A stretch of 64,000 nt of DNA from a virus: positions 29,596 through 93,595 of IMG/VR virus record IMGVR_UViG_3300024999_000004. One strand, 5' to 3'. Shown one piece after another: positions 45,504 to 54,175 of the stretch (positions are counted from its first letter, which is position 1; every line of letters starts with the position of its first letter). The notes under the pieces are model-generated. The model made no database searches and had not been told where the DNA came from. It saw only the letters and a program-made list of their open reading frames with translations. A program made the position numbers and the translations under genes.

Positions 45504-46119
45504 ATGCTTGGACTACCAACAGAAGAGTTGTATCGTTATGGGGAATGGGCAGGAAACCCGAAAGGGCAGAAAGAAGATGTCACCTGTTGTAGGTATGAAG
45601 TTTGGCCGAACGAAAGAGGACCTATTCCACACCAATGTAGAAGAAAAAGAGGGCATGGGTATAAGGGATGGTTTTGCACGCAACACGCAAAACTTTATCC
45701 TGTAGATTACAAAGAGAAATAGAGAAGATTCAGGAGGGGAGGAAAGCAAAATGAAGGAATACGTAATAGCGGCTTTTAGACATACCGGATCTGGACATTA
45801 TGCTATTTGCCTTTGGGGCCCAAATAATTGCGGGTATACCCCAAACTTGGATGAGGCCGGAGTATACGACGAATCGGTTCTTGAACGATTCAAGAATAAT
45901 CTTCAAGATAATTTTCCGATAGAGTTGAATATGGCAAGAAGCATGTCCGTTGAACGGGAGTACAATTACTCAGGATGGAAGTCTGGTCATTTTATCCAGA
46001 ATGACGAGCTTTTTAGAAATACTTTCAACCTAAGCAAGAAAATATTCTATAAGAGCCCTTCGGACAGGCAGTACTACAGGTTCAAGAAAAACGCTGGGGA
46101 GACAAGTAGATGTCAATGA
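45504..46119 (+). CDS. Two hypothetical proteins (45504..45722 C3H Zn-finger-like; 45751..46119)
   Basis: SDs; C..QC.RK.GHG...FCTQH; W.PN.CGYT..L..AG.Y. Confidence 0.65.
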
Positions 46120-46820
46120 ATAGGATGGACGCAGAAGGCAGATATATTCCCATGACTGAGCAGGAAAGGGAAGAGTCTTCCGTAAAGGACATTGCCCTAC
46201 ACAAGGAGCCAAAGCCCACAATGAACAACGTCATGCTCGACCTTGAGACGATGGGCAACACCAAGCAGGCGGCGATCATTGCCATCGGGGCGGTAAGGTT
46301 CGATGAAAATGGCTTGGGTGATTCCTTCTACCGGAAGGTCTCGCTTCAGTCGTCAGTTGACGCGGGGATGAAGATGGATGCCTCCACGGTGCTGTGGTGG
46401 TTGGGGCAGGAGGATGCTGCGCGATTACCGATGGCACATGAGTATGATGCGATAAACGGAAGGGAGTCAGTAGCCTTGCCTGATGCGCTGTCCCACTTTG
46501 CTTCGTGGCTGCATCGTTCGGAGGGAGGCCCTCTCCCTGAACCAGTGGTCTGGGGCAATGGTTCCGACTTCGACAACGCCATTCTTTCCGAAGCGTATAT
46601 GCTTTGTGGGAACGAGGCTCCGTGGGCCTTTTGGAACAACAGGTGCTACCGGACCATGAAGTCATTGTTTCCTTCCGTCAAGAAGCCCGATCCTGATTCG
46701 GTCGAGGGCGTTAAGCACAACGCACTGTATGACGCGAAGTTTCAGGCGATGCATTTGATTGATATACTGAAACACCTGAGAGGCACGGGATTATCTTTGT
46801 ACAAAGTGAAGGAGACCTGA
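46110..46820 (+). CDS. DEDDh 3'-5' exonuclease (Rv2179c-like)
   Basis: MLDLETMG, WGNGSDFDN, RCYRT and HNALYDA motifs. Confidence 0.9.
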   Translation: MSMNRMDAEGRYIPMTEQEREESSVKDIALHKEPKPTMNNVMLDLETMGNTKQAAIIAIGAVRFDENGLGDSFYRKVSLQSSVDAGMKMDASTVLWWLGQEDAARLPMAHEYDAINGRESVALPDALSHFASWLHRSEGGPLPEPVVWGNGSDFDNAILSEAYMLCGNEAPWAFWNNRCYRTMKSLFPSVKKPDPDSVEGVKHNALYDAKFQAMHLIDILKHLRGTGLSLYKVKET

Positions 46821-47105
46821 ATGGACATGGAAAACTTCGGCTTAGGTATTGAACAGAACGGTGACATTTTCATCTCCCGCTTCCGCGAAGGCAAGTGGCA
46901 CGGAGCCAGGAAACAAGTCAACAACGAATTCCTGACCCTCATGCTCTTGAAGTTCGAGCCCGATGTCGAGTATTCGCTGGACATTGGAGGGAAGCCAGCG
47001 TTCTCTCTTCTCATACAAAAGATCGCGCAAGTCCCGGAGGAGCACCCGGCGCAGATCAATCTGTTCAAGGAAGATGGCGTTCTTGACGCGGAGGTAGTTT
47101 CTTGA
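46821..47105 (+). CDS. Hypothetical protein with a QINLF clamp-binding-like motif
   Basis: AGGAG SD; QINLF near the C-terminus. Confidence 0.6.
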   Translation: MDMENFGLGIEQNGDIFISRFREGKWHGARKQVNNEFLTLMLLKFEPDVEYSLDIGGKPAFSLLIQKIAQVPEEHPAQINLFKEDGVLDAEVVS

Positions 47106-47147
47106 GTTTTTCCTCTATTGCGCTACTTCATACAAAGGAGCTTCCCG

Positions 47148-47621
47148 TTGAGCAAACAACTACAGCCACCGAAGCGCGTATCCCAAACAACGATAGCTCC
47201 TCCCGTGAGGCCAAAGTTGCCCCCTAAGAGCAAGAAGCGTTCCTCCTACGCACGGAAGGAGGCGGCACGGCTTCACGCGACCCGGAGGGCCTTCGAGCGA
47301 TGGGGCGTAACACTGACCCGGGCCGATATAGATAGAATAGTGGCTCTTATACAGAAGGGGCCTCAGAAAGATGGTGGAGCGGAGCTTCTCGTGAAGCAGA
47401 GTTGCAGCAGGACGCTGTTCAATATTCCTTGGAAGGATGGGGCCGGGGAGGGGATACTACTTCCATGCGTTTTTCATACGAAGTGCAAAATGTTGTGTAC
47501 GGTGTTGCCTCGTAATTGGAGGGATAACTATGACTCCTTTGTCCTTGACGGTCAGGGGAACTCTTGGTTGCATGGGGAGAGAAGTGATTTGTCTGACGAG
47601 AATCTGAGCGACGGAGATTAG
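47148..47621 (+). CDS. Putative RelE/BrnT-like fold protein
   Basis: HATRRAFERWG (HAxxRxxER) motif and TVLP. Confidence 0.5.
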   Translation: MSKQLQPPKRVSQTTIAPPVRPKLPPKSKKRSSYARKEAARLHATRRAFERWGVTLTRADIDRIVALIQKGPQKDGGAELLVKQSCSRTLFNIPWKDGAGEGILLPCVFHTKCKMLCTVLPRNWRDNYDSFVLDGQGNSWLHGERSDLSDENLSDGD

Positions 47622-47847
47622 GGGATACGCAAATGAAAAGAAACACAAGACGCAGGATAAGGTATTGGTACCTCACTTTTCAGGCGGATGATGCTGTATG
47701 GTCGGGGCTGTCCTGCTGTGAAGGAGATGCTTCGGACGCCCTGAGTTCTCTCCATAAAGAGCCCCTCCTTGAAGGGAAGAAGTTAGCATTGAAGTACATA
47801 AAAGAACTTACCCACAGGGAGTACAACAGGCTTCAAGCAGGAACTAT

Positions 47848-48360
47848 TTGATGCCCCGCACCACCGGAATGGGAGGCCACCAATCCTCCGCAATGAAGAA
47901 CGATGAATGGCTTACCCCTCCTGAAATTATCCGCGCTCTCGGGCCTTTCGACCTTGATCCCTGCGCCCCCATAGTCCGCCCGTGGGACACCGCAAAACAG
48001 CACTTCACCAAAGAGGATGACGGCCTTGCTCTTCCGTGGCAAGGAAGGGTATGGTGCAATCCTCCTTATGGCAAGGAAGCGAGGGCGTGGCTTGAAAAGC
48101 TGGCGGACCATGGGAATGGAATAGCTTTGGTATTCGCCAGGACGGAAACGGAAATGTTCTTTTCGCAAGTTTGGAACAGGGCCGACTCAATCTTGTTTAT
48201 AGAAGGAAGGCTGTACTTCTACAATGTACTTGGGGTGCAGGCGTCGGCGAACAGCGGTGCGCCATCGTGTCTTGTGGCCTATGGAGAGGCAAATACGGAA
48301 GCTCTTAGGCGCTGTGGGATAGGCGGGAAGTTGGTTGTACTGAAGGAGGGAATGATATGA
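47848..48360 (+). CDS. Phage N6-adenine DNA methyltransferase (Dam-like, PF05869-type)
   Basis: DEWLTP, FDLDPC, DGL..W, WCNPPY, ARTET and GRL.F motifs. Confidence 0.9.
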   Translation: MMPRTTGMGGHQSSAMKNDEWLTPPEIIRALGPFDLDPCAPIVRPWDTAKQHFTKEDDGLALPWQGRVWCNPPYGKEARAWLEKLADHGNGIALVFARTETEMFFSQVWNRADSILFIEGRLYFYNVLGVQASANSGAPSCLVAYGEANTEALRRCGIGGKLVVLKEGMI

Positions 48361-49142
48361 AGAAGTATACCAGTGTGGACCAGATAGTTATAAGAGCCAA
48401 GGATTCTAGGTTGACGGGGCTTTCGATAGTGAGAGAAAAAGGCAAAGAAGTTATGGTTGTGTGTAGATGCACGTGTGGAAACGTGAAGACTATTCGGTTA
48501 GCACACGTTATCAGCGGACGCGTAAGATCCTGTGGTTGTCTTTATAAAGAAGGACCTGTACACCATGGGTATGCAAGACGCGATAAATCAAACGCTACGT
48601 ATCATTGTTGGGTAGACATGAGAGCTAGATGCTACAACGAAAGAAGGGAGCAGTATAGAAATTACGGTGCGAGAGGAATAAGTATCTGCACGGAATGGGA
48701 TGTATTCGAAAACTTCTTACGGGATATGGGAGAACGACCATCAAATACATCCTTAGATAGAATAGATGTTGATGGAAACTACCAGAAGAACAATTGCAGA
48801 TGGGCATCCCAGAAGCAGCAGTGCAGGAACAAGAGAAACAACGTACTGGTTACTTTTGAGGGAGTGAAGTTACCCCTCGCGGAGGTGGCAGAGAGGGTAG
48901 GAATGCCTTACGGGAGGTTTTATAACAGGATAGTTAGATTTGGGTGGAGCGTGGAAAAAGCAGCCACCCAAGCGAAGCCAAAAGAACACGGGTTGATTAC
49001 GTATGAAGGGGAAAAGATTACCGTTAAAGAATTATCAAGGAGAATAGGAGTACCTTATCCGAGACTTTGGGCTAGAATATTTATTTGTGGCTGGAGTGTA
49101 GAAGACGCAGTACAGAAACCTTCCCAACGCGGACATGTGTAG
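48357..49142 (+). CDS. Free-standing HNH homing endonuclease with C-terminal DNA-binding repeats
   Basis: CRCTCG, SCGC, YGARGI and SLDRIDVDGNY..NNCRWA motifs. Confidence 0.85.
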   Translation: MKKYTSVDQIVIRAKDSRLTGLSIVREKGKEVMVVCRCTCGNVKTIRLAHVISGRVRSCGCLYKEGPVHHGYARRDKSNATYHCWVDMRARCYNERREQYRNYGARGISICTEWDVFENFLRDMGERPSNTSLDRIDVDGNYQKNNCRWASQKQQCRNKRNNVLVTFEGVKLPLAEVAERVGMPYGRFYNRIVRFGWSVEKAATQAKPKEHGLITYEGEKITVKELSRRIGVPYPRLWARIFICGWSVEDAVQKPSQRGHV

Positions 49143-50790
49143 TATGCCGCCTAAAATTTCCCGAATTTATGGTCCGCCCGGTTGTGGTAAGACCTACGAA
49201 ATACTTACGAAAATAGAAGCACTTTTGGAATCCGGCGTCCCAAAGTCAAGAATTGCTTTTGTCACCTTCACGGTGGCGGGAGCCGAGGAAGGTGTTCTCC
49301 GCGCGCAAAAGAAATTTGGGGGAGAGCTGTCTGACTACCCGTTTTTCTCCACGTTGCACGCTCTGGCGTTTAAGCAATTGAAACTGAGTCGCGCCAACGT
49401 CATGGACCAACGAAAATTTCGGCTCTTTGCGAAATGCCCTCAGCTCAACAAAAAATTCCTCGGATACACCACGGATGAGTATGTAGCAGGTGGGGACAAA
49501 TTACTTTTTTTCGATCAGCTATACAGGAATAATCGTCGGGCTGCTCAAAAAAAAGTATGGGAGCATAAGCTCCCTCCTGCGGAGCTTCACGAAGTCCGCA
49601 AAATCTACGAGGCTTTTAAACGACACATAAATGCCTATGACTTCACGGATATGCTCGAACAATTCGTAGCGAGGGGAGAGCCCGTCCCTGTTGACTACGC
49701 CTTCGTAGACGAAGCACAAGACCTTTCAAGTCTGCAGTGGGAGGTTGTTCGCGTAGCGTTCTCTTCCGCCAAGATTCTTGTAGTTGGAGGCGACGACGAT
49801 CAGGCTGTATTTTCCTGGTCCGGGGCCGACATCCACAAATTCCTGCATCTGAAGTCCGATCTTCCCCCGATCTATTTGAAGCACTCCTTCCGGCTACCAG
49901 AAGCCGTGCTTCAAGTTGCCCGTAGTGTGACCGACCAGATGTCCGACCGCATAGACAAACCCTACGAAGGCACAGGGAAGGAAGGCTCCGTTGCTTTCGT
50001 GAATGATGTGGAGGACGTGGTATTCGACCCAACCAAGACCTACTATTTCCTTGCCCGCAACAATATCTTCCTTGCCGCAGCAGAGGCATATCTTAAAAAG
50101 CGCGGCATTATTTATGAGGATCGTAACAAAGCCTCCGTGTCCCTCTCCGACTTCAAACTTATCCGGCAGTGGGAGCAACTACGCACGGCAGGAGGAGAAC
50201 TCCCCTCATGGATGTCCCCCATGGGCCAGAACCTCGTTGAAGGCGCGGAAACCAGGCAGCCGTGGTACGAAGCCTTCAGCTGGGAAGAGGACGACATAGT
50301 TTACTACAAGGACCTGATCGACAAATATACAGACAGCGCCGGAGTTATTGCGTGGGACGCGCTGGAAGCACGGATACGCGAGCCCCCGAAGGTCAAGCTG
50401 AGTTCAATTCACCGCGCAAAAGGTAAGGAAGCCGATGTTGTCGTCCTGTTCCTTGCCATGTCCCGCAAGACGTGGAGCACCTACCGGAAAAATCCTGATA
50501 GCGAACTCAGGGTCCTGTACGTTGGCGTCACTCGGGCCAAGGAAAGCCTGATCATGGTCCACAGCAAGACGAAGTATGAGTACTCGCTTTTGAAGGATGG
50601 TATTGGAAGGGACGGGAGGAAGAGGTCGCCTTTTGATGCGCCGGATAAAGCGAAGCCTCCACGCAAGAAGAAGCCTGCGGACGCTAGGCCGGGGGCGCGA
50701 GAAATGATCTGGAATAGTGAAAACAACGAGGATGCGAAAGCAATGATTCTTGGGAGCAGTGGAAGCAGGATTCCGAAGGGAGGGAAGTGA
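49135..50790 (+). CDS. UvrD/Rep-like SF1 helicase
   Basis: GPPGCGKT, STLH, VDEAQD, GDDDQA, SIHRAKG.E and YVGVTRAK motifs. Confidence 0.93.
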   Translation: MCSMPPKISRIYGPPGCGKTYEILTKIEALLESGVPKSRIAFVTFTVAGAEEGVLRAQKKFGGELSDYPFFSTLHALAFKQLKLSRANVMDQRKFRLFAKCPQLNKKFLGYTTDEYVAGGDKLLFFDQLYRNNRRAAQKKVWEHKLPPAELHEVRKIYEAFKRHINAYDFTDMLEQFVARGEPVPVDYAFVDEAQDLSSLQWEVVRVAFSSAKILVVGGDDDQAVFSWSGADIHKFLHLKSDLPPIYLKHSFRLPEAVLQVARSVTDQMSDRIDKPYEGTGKEGSVAFVNDVEDVVFDPTKTYYFLARNNIFLAAAEAYLKKRGIIYEDRNKASVSLSDFKLIRQWEQLRTAGGELPSWMSPMGQNLVEGAETRQPWYEAFSWEEDDIVYYKDLIDKYTDSAGVIAWDALEARIREPPKVKLSSIHRAKGKEADVVVLFLAMSRKTWSTYRKNPDSELRVLYVGVTRAKESLIMVHSKTKYEYSLLKDGIGRDGRKRSPFDAPDKAKPPRKKKPADARPGAREMIWNSENNEDAKAMILGSSGSRIPKGGK

Positions 50791-51533
50791 TGGGCATTAC
50801 TATGACGCTGTGGCACGGAGACTGTCTTGATCGGATGAAAGATATCCCTGACGGAAGCGTGGACATGGCTTTGGCGGATCTCCCTTACGCAACCACCCGA
50901 AATAAATGGGACTCCGCAATTGATCTCCCCGCCCTTTGGGCTCAATACAAAAGAATCATCAAAGCCAACGGAACTATTTGTTTGTTTGCCCAGACGCCTT
51001 TCGACAAAGTGTTGGGAGCATCAAATTTAGCTATGTTGAGGTATGAGTGGATATGGGAGAAGACTACTGCCACAGGACACCTGAATGCGAAGAAGATGCC
51101 GATGAAGGCGCACGAGAACATCCTTGTATTCTACCAGAAACTTCCTTGCTACACCCCACAGAAGACTCAAGGGCACGAGCGCAAAGTATCCACAGCACAG
51201 CATAAAATAAATTGCGTGAAGACAACCAACTGGGGAGAGCACGGGCTGACTTCGTACGACTCTACTGAAAGGTATCCCAGGGACGTGTTGAAGTTCTCTA
51301 CAGACAAACAAAAAACATGCTTTCACCCTACCCAAAAACCTGTGGCCCTCCTTGAATATCTTATTCGTACCTATACTCTTGAAGGAGAGACGGTTCTTGA
51401 CAACACCATGGGCTCCGGCAGTACGGGAGTTGCCTGTCTGAACACAAACAGGAACTTCATTGGTATTGAAAAAGATGAGAAGTATTTCGATATAGCGAAG
51501 AAACGTATAGTAGATGCGGGAGGGAGCAGGTAA
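50787..51533 (+). CDS. Beta-class N4C/N6A DNA methyltransferase
   Basis: GDCL, DLPY, HPTQKP and LDNTMGSGST motifs. Confidence 0.92.
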   Translation: MMGITMTLWHGDCLDRMKDIPDGSVDMALADLPYATTRNKWDSAIDLPALWAQYKRIIKANGTICLFAQTPFDKVLGASNLAMLRYEWIWEKTTATGHLNAKKMPMKAHENILVFYQKLPCYTPQKTQGHERKVSTAQHKINCVKTTNWGEHGLTSYDSTERYPRDVLKFSTDKQKTCFHPTQKPVALLEYLIRTYTLEGETVLDNTMGSGSTGVACLNTNRNFIGIEKDEKYFDIAKKRIVDAGGSR

Positions 51534-52138
51534 TGGGAAAGAACTACTCCGGAAACACCGGAAGGGTGAACGGAACCCGTAAAGATAGCGACGCATACCC
51601 TACGCCCTACAGCCTCACGAGGCTCCTGCTTCAGAAGGAAAGTTTCTTCTCTCCAATCTACGAGCCCGCGTGCGGGGAAGACAAAGCAATCGTAAAGGTG
51701 CTGGAGGAACATGGGTACGACACGGAATTCTCTGACCTGCTCTATGGGGATGACTTTCTTCAAGCAAGCGACAAAAATCCCGTGGCCTCCCTCGTGACAA
51801 ATCCGCCGTACAGTCTCGCTTTTGAGTTCATCCAAAAGGCAAAACAAATAGCACAGCGTCAGATAGCCATGCTTCTTCCCCTCTCGTACCTGCACGGACA
51901 GCAGAGGTATGAACAAATATGGCAGGATACGGTGTTTCCCTTAGCAAGGATTTGGGTGTTCACGAGATATCCGATGCTCGGGGATGCTCTCAGGGAAGAC
52001 GGGAAAGTGCGAACGGGGATGCAAGTATATGCGTGGATGATTTGGGAGAAGGGGCATGTCGGACCAGCTACTCTTGGGTGGCTGGACTTGCAGCCGTATA
52101 TTCTGGGGAAGAAGGATTCAAAGGAAGGCACAAAATGA
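51533..52138 (+). CDS. Short amino-DNA methyltransferase
   Basis: D.YPTP, EPACG, DFL and TNPPY motifs. Confidence 0.85.
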   Translation: MGKNYSGNTGRVNGTRKDSDAYPTPYSLTRLLLQKESFFSPIYEPACGEDKAIVKVLEEHGYDTEFSDLLYGDDFLQASDKNPVASLVTNPPYSLAFEFIQKAKQIAQRQIAMLLPLSYLHGQQRYEQIWQDTVFPLARIWVFTRYPMLGDALREDGKVRTGMQVYAWMIWEKGHVGPATLGWLDLQPYILGKKDSKEGTK

Positions 52139-52530
52139 AGTTACCCTTCTTTCGTCTTGTGTACCAACACGAGGAAACAGGTGTGATCTGTTTCAAATAT
52201 ATCTACCTCGGGGATTCTTTGAAGGTTCTCGACGGATATTCGTTTATCGCTGTGGACCAACAAATATATGGGGTCAAGGACGAGCTGAAAGACAACCTGT
52301 TCGAGAACGATATTCTTCTTGTTCCGCGCGGATTTTCGGGAGACTACAACGTTCCCGAGCATTACGATACGATAGGAAGTCTCTCCTCCGACGTGTACCC
52401 TGAGCAGGTAGGTGTTTCCGGAGGAGATGGCCTCCAGTTCAAAGACTGCCTGAAGATAGGCAATGAATACGAGGACAGGCATAGGTTGGACTACGAAGAG
52501 GCGTTGGAGGAATTGGGGAAGCAGAAATGA
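52135..52530 (+). CDS. YopX-like protein
   Basis: G.KD....LFENDIL...IGNEYE pattern. Confidence 0.55.
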   Translation: MKLPFFRLVYQHEETGVICFKYIYLGDSLKVLDGYSFIAVDQQIYGVKDELKDNLFENDILLVPRGFSGDYNVPEHYDTIGSLSSDVYPEQVGVSGGDGLQFKDCLKIGNEYEDRHRLDYEEALEELGKQK

Positions 52531-53062
52531 AAGGCCGAAAAACTCCCTACACGTCAAAAGGCATTACCAGAATAAAATGCTTCCGCTGCGGAAAGCCTGC
52601 GTCAGAGCAGTGGCAGATATGCTCGGACGACAATGTGTATAGGGGCATTTGTACGGAGTGCGATGTCGCGCTGAATGAGGTGGTTCTTCGATGGTTTGGT
52701 TTTGAGGATTGGAAGGAGAAAATTCGCGCCTATAGGGAGAGGATGGGAATATGACAAAGGAAGAATTCGCACAGAAGATCAAAGAGATAGAGGCATTCAA
52801 CGCCGAGCTGGACTTGCTGAATGAGCACCTTGGGGCTTTGTGCCCTGGGGGGATATGCTCCTTCGGGGGAAAGTTCATGGATGATTATATCAGGCTTTTG
52901 TCTCAAACGGTTGGCGACGAGGATGGGTGGGTTGCGTATTACGTCTGGGACTGTGAATTCGGTCGAAAAGGGCTTGAGGCGGGGTATAAAAGGAAACTGT
53001 CACAAATTGACAGTATCGATAAGCTGTGGGATTTGATAGAACAGGGAAAAGAAAGGGTGTGA
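52527..53062 (+). CDS. Two hypothetical proteins (52527..52754 Zn-finger; 52751..53062)
   Basis: CFRCG...QWQIC...C..CD; W..YY.WDCEFG. Confidence 0.7.
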
Positions 53063-53078
53063 TCTTAGTGAAGGTCTA

Positions 53079-53107
53079 TTGACAACGAAGCCTGATTATG
53101 GTATGCT
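53079..53107 (+). promoter_or_regulatory. sigma70 promoter
   Basis: TTGACA-17-TATGCT with TG. Confidence 0.75.
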
Positions 53108-53122
53108 CTACGGGAGGAACAA

Positions 53123-53353
53123 ATGATATCGATGATTAAGGATGCCAGGATAGACAGGGGACTCACTCAGCGGCAAGCAGCCAAACTTATTGGCATAACT
53201 CCAGAATATTTTTCAAACTTGGAATGCTCACGATACGTCCCCTCGATAAGTAGCGTCGGTGACAGGATTGCAGAGGTGCTTGGGCTGGACAAGGACGAGC
53301 TGGCGCTTGAGTTCTTCAAACTAGGAAGAGAGAAGAAACGAAAGAAGGAGTGA
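53123..53353 (+). CDS. XRE-family HTH regulator
   Basis: RIDRGLTQRQAAKLIGIT..Y.S.LE. Confidence 0.85.
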   Translation: MISMIKDARIDRGLTQRQAAKLIGITPEYFSNLECSRYVPSISSVGDRIAEVLGLDKDELALEFFKLGREKKRKKE

Positions 53354-53356
53354 GGG

Positions 53357-54175
53357 ATGGCTACGATCAAGATATCAGGGTACGACGTACTTGTAGATGA
53401 AGAGGACGTTCAGAGAATAACTGACGCAGGGCCTTGGTTCATAAACGCCTACTCGGATGCACAAAAGAGAAACGCCAGCGCTAGATTCGTAAATGCCAAT
53501 AACGAGTACCTTCATATCTTTATTTTTGATGGGTACACTAAGCCCAAAGCAAAAACAAAATTTCTTAATGCGAATAGATTTGACTGTCGAAAAGAAAACC
53601 TTTCAAGAAAGCCAATTAAAATTGCGCGCGTGGTAACGTCCCTGAAATTGGACCCAGTAGGTTCTTGTAGAATATTTCTGGACCCGGATGAAGTTTTAGT
53701 GGATACGGAAGACTGTGAGCGAATACTGAGTAGTGGCCCTTGGTTTCTTTTGACGGATGGAAGACTACTAGAAGGTAACTTAAGATACTACTTTAGGCAC
53801 GTGCGTGTAGGTGGAGTACACACGACAGAAAGATTGCATAGGTTCCTTATTGGTGCGAAGAGAGGGGACGTGGTGGACCATATAGTTCCAAGCAACACCT
53901 TGGACAACAGAAAATCAAATCTGCGAATAGTTACGCCGAGAATTAATAGTTACAATTCGAAGATGAGCAAGAACAACACAAGTGGCTTTAAGGGTGTGAC
54001 ATGGTCCTGCAGAGACAAAAAATGGGCGGCGCAACTAATGGTTACTAGAGTAAACATGCAAAGAAAAAGTTTTCAGGAAAAAGAGGATGCTGTGGCGTAT
54101 AGGGCCTACTTGGAACAAAAGTACGCTCCTGGTGTACTGATGGGCGTCACCGGGCGTGAGGCAGAAATTGACTAG
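53357..54175 (+). CDS. HNH-AP2 homing endonuclease (degenerate duplicated N-terminal HNH)
   Basis: LHRF...VDHI..NTLDNRKSNLR; NTSGFKGV.W...KW.A. Confidence 0.85.
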   Translation: MATIKISGYDVLVDEEDVQRITDAGPWFINAYSDAQKRNASARFVNANNEYLHIFIFDGYTKPKAKTKFLNANRFDCRKENLSRKPIKIARVVTSLKLDPVGSCRIFLDPDEVLVDTEDCERILSSGPWFLLTDGRLLEGNLRYYFRHVRVGGVHTTERLHRFLIGAKRGDVVDHIVPSNTLDNRKSNLRIVTPRINSYNSKMSKNNTSGFKGVTWSCRDKKWAAQLMVTRVNMQRKSFQEKEDAVAYRAYLEQKYAPGVLMGVTGREAEID

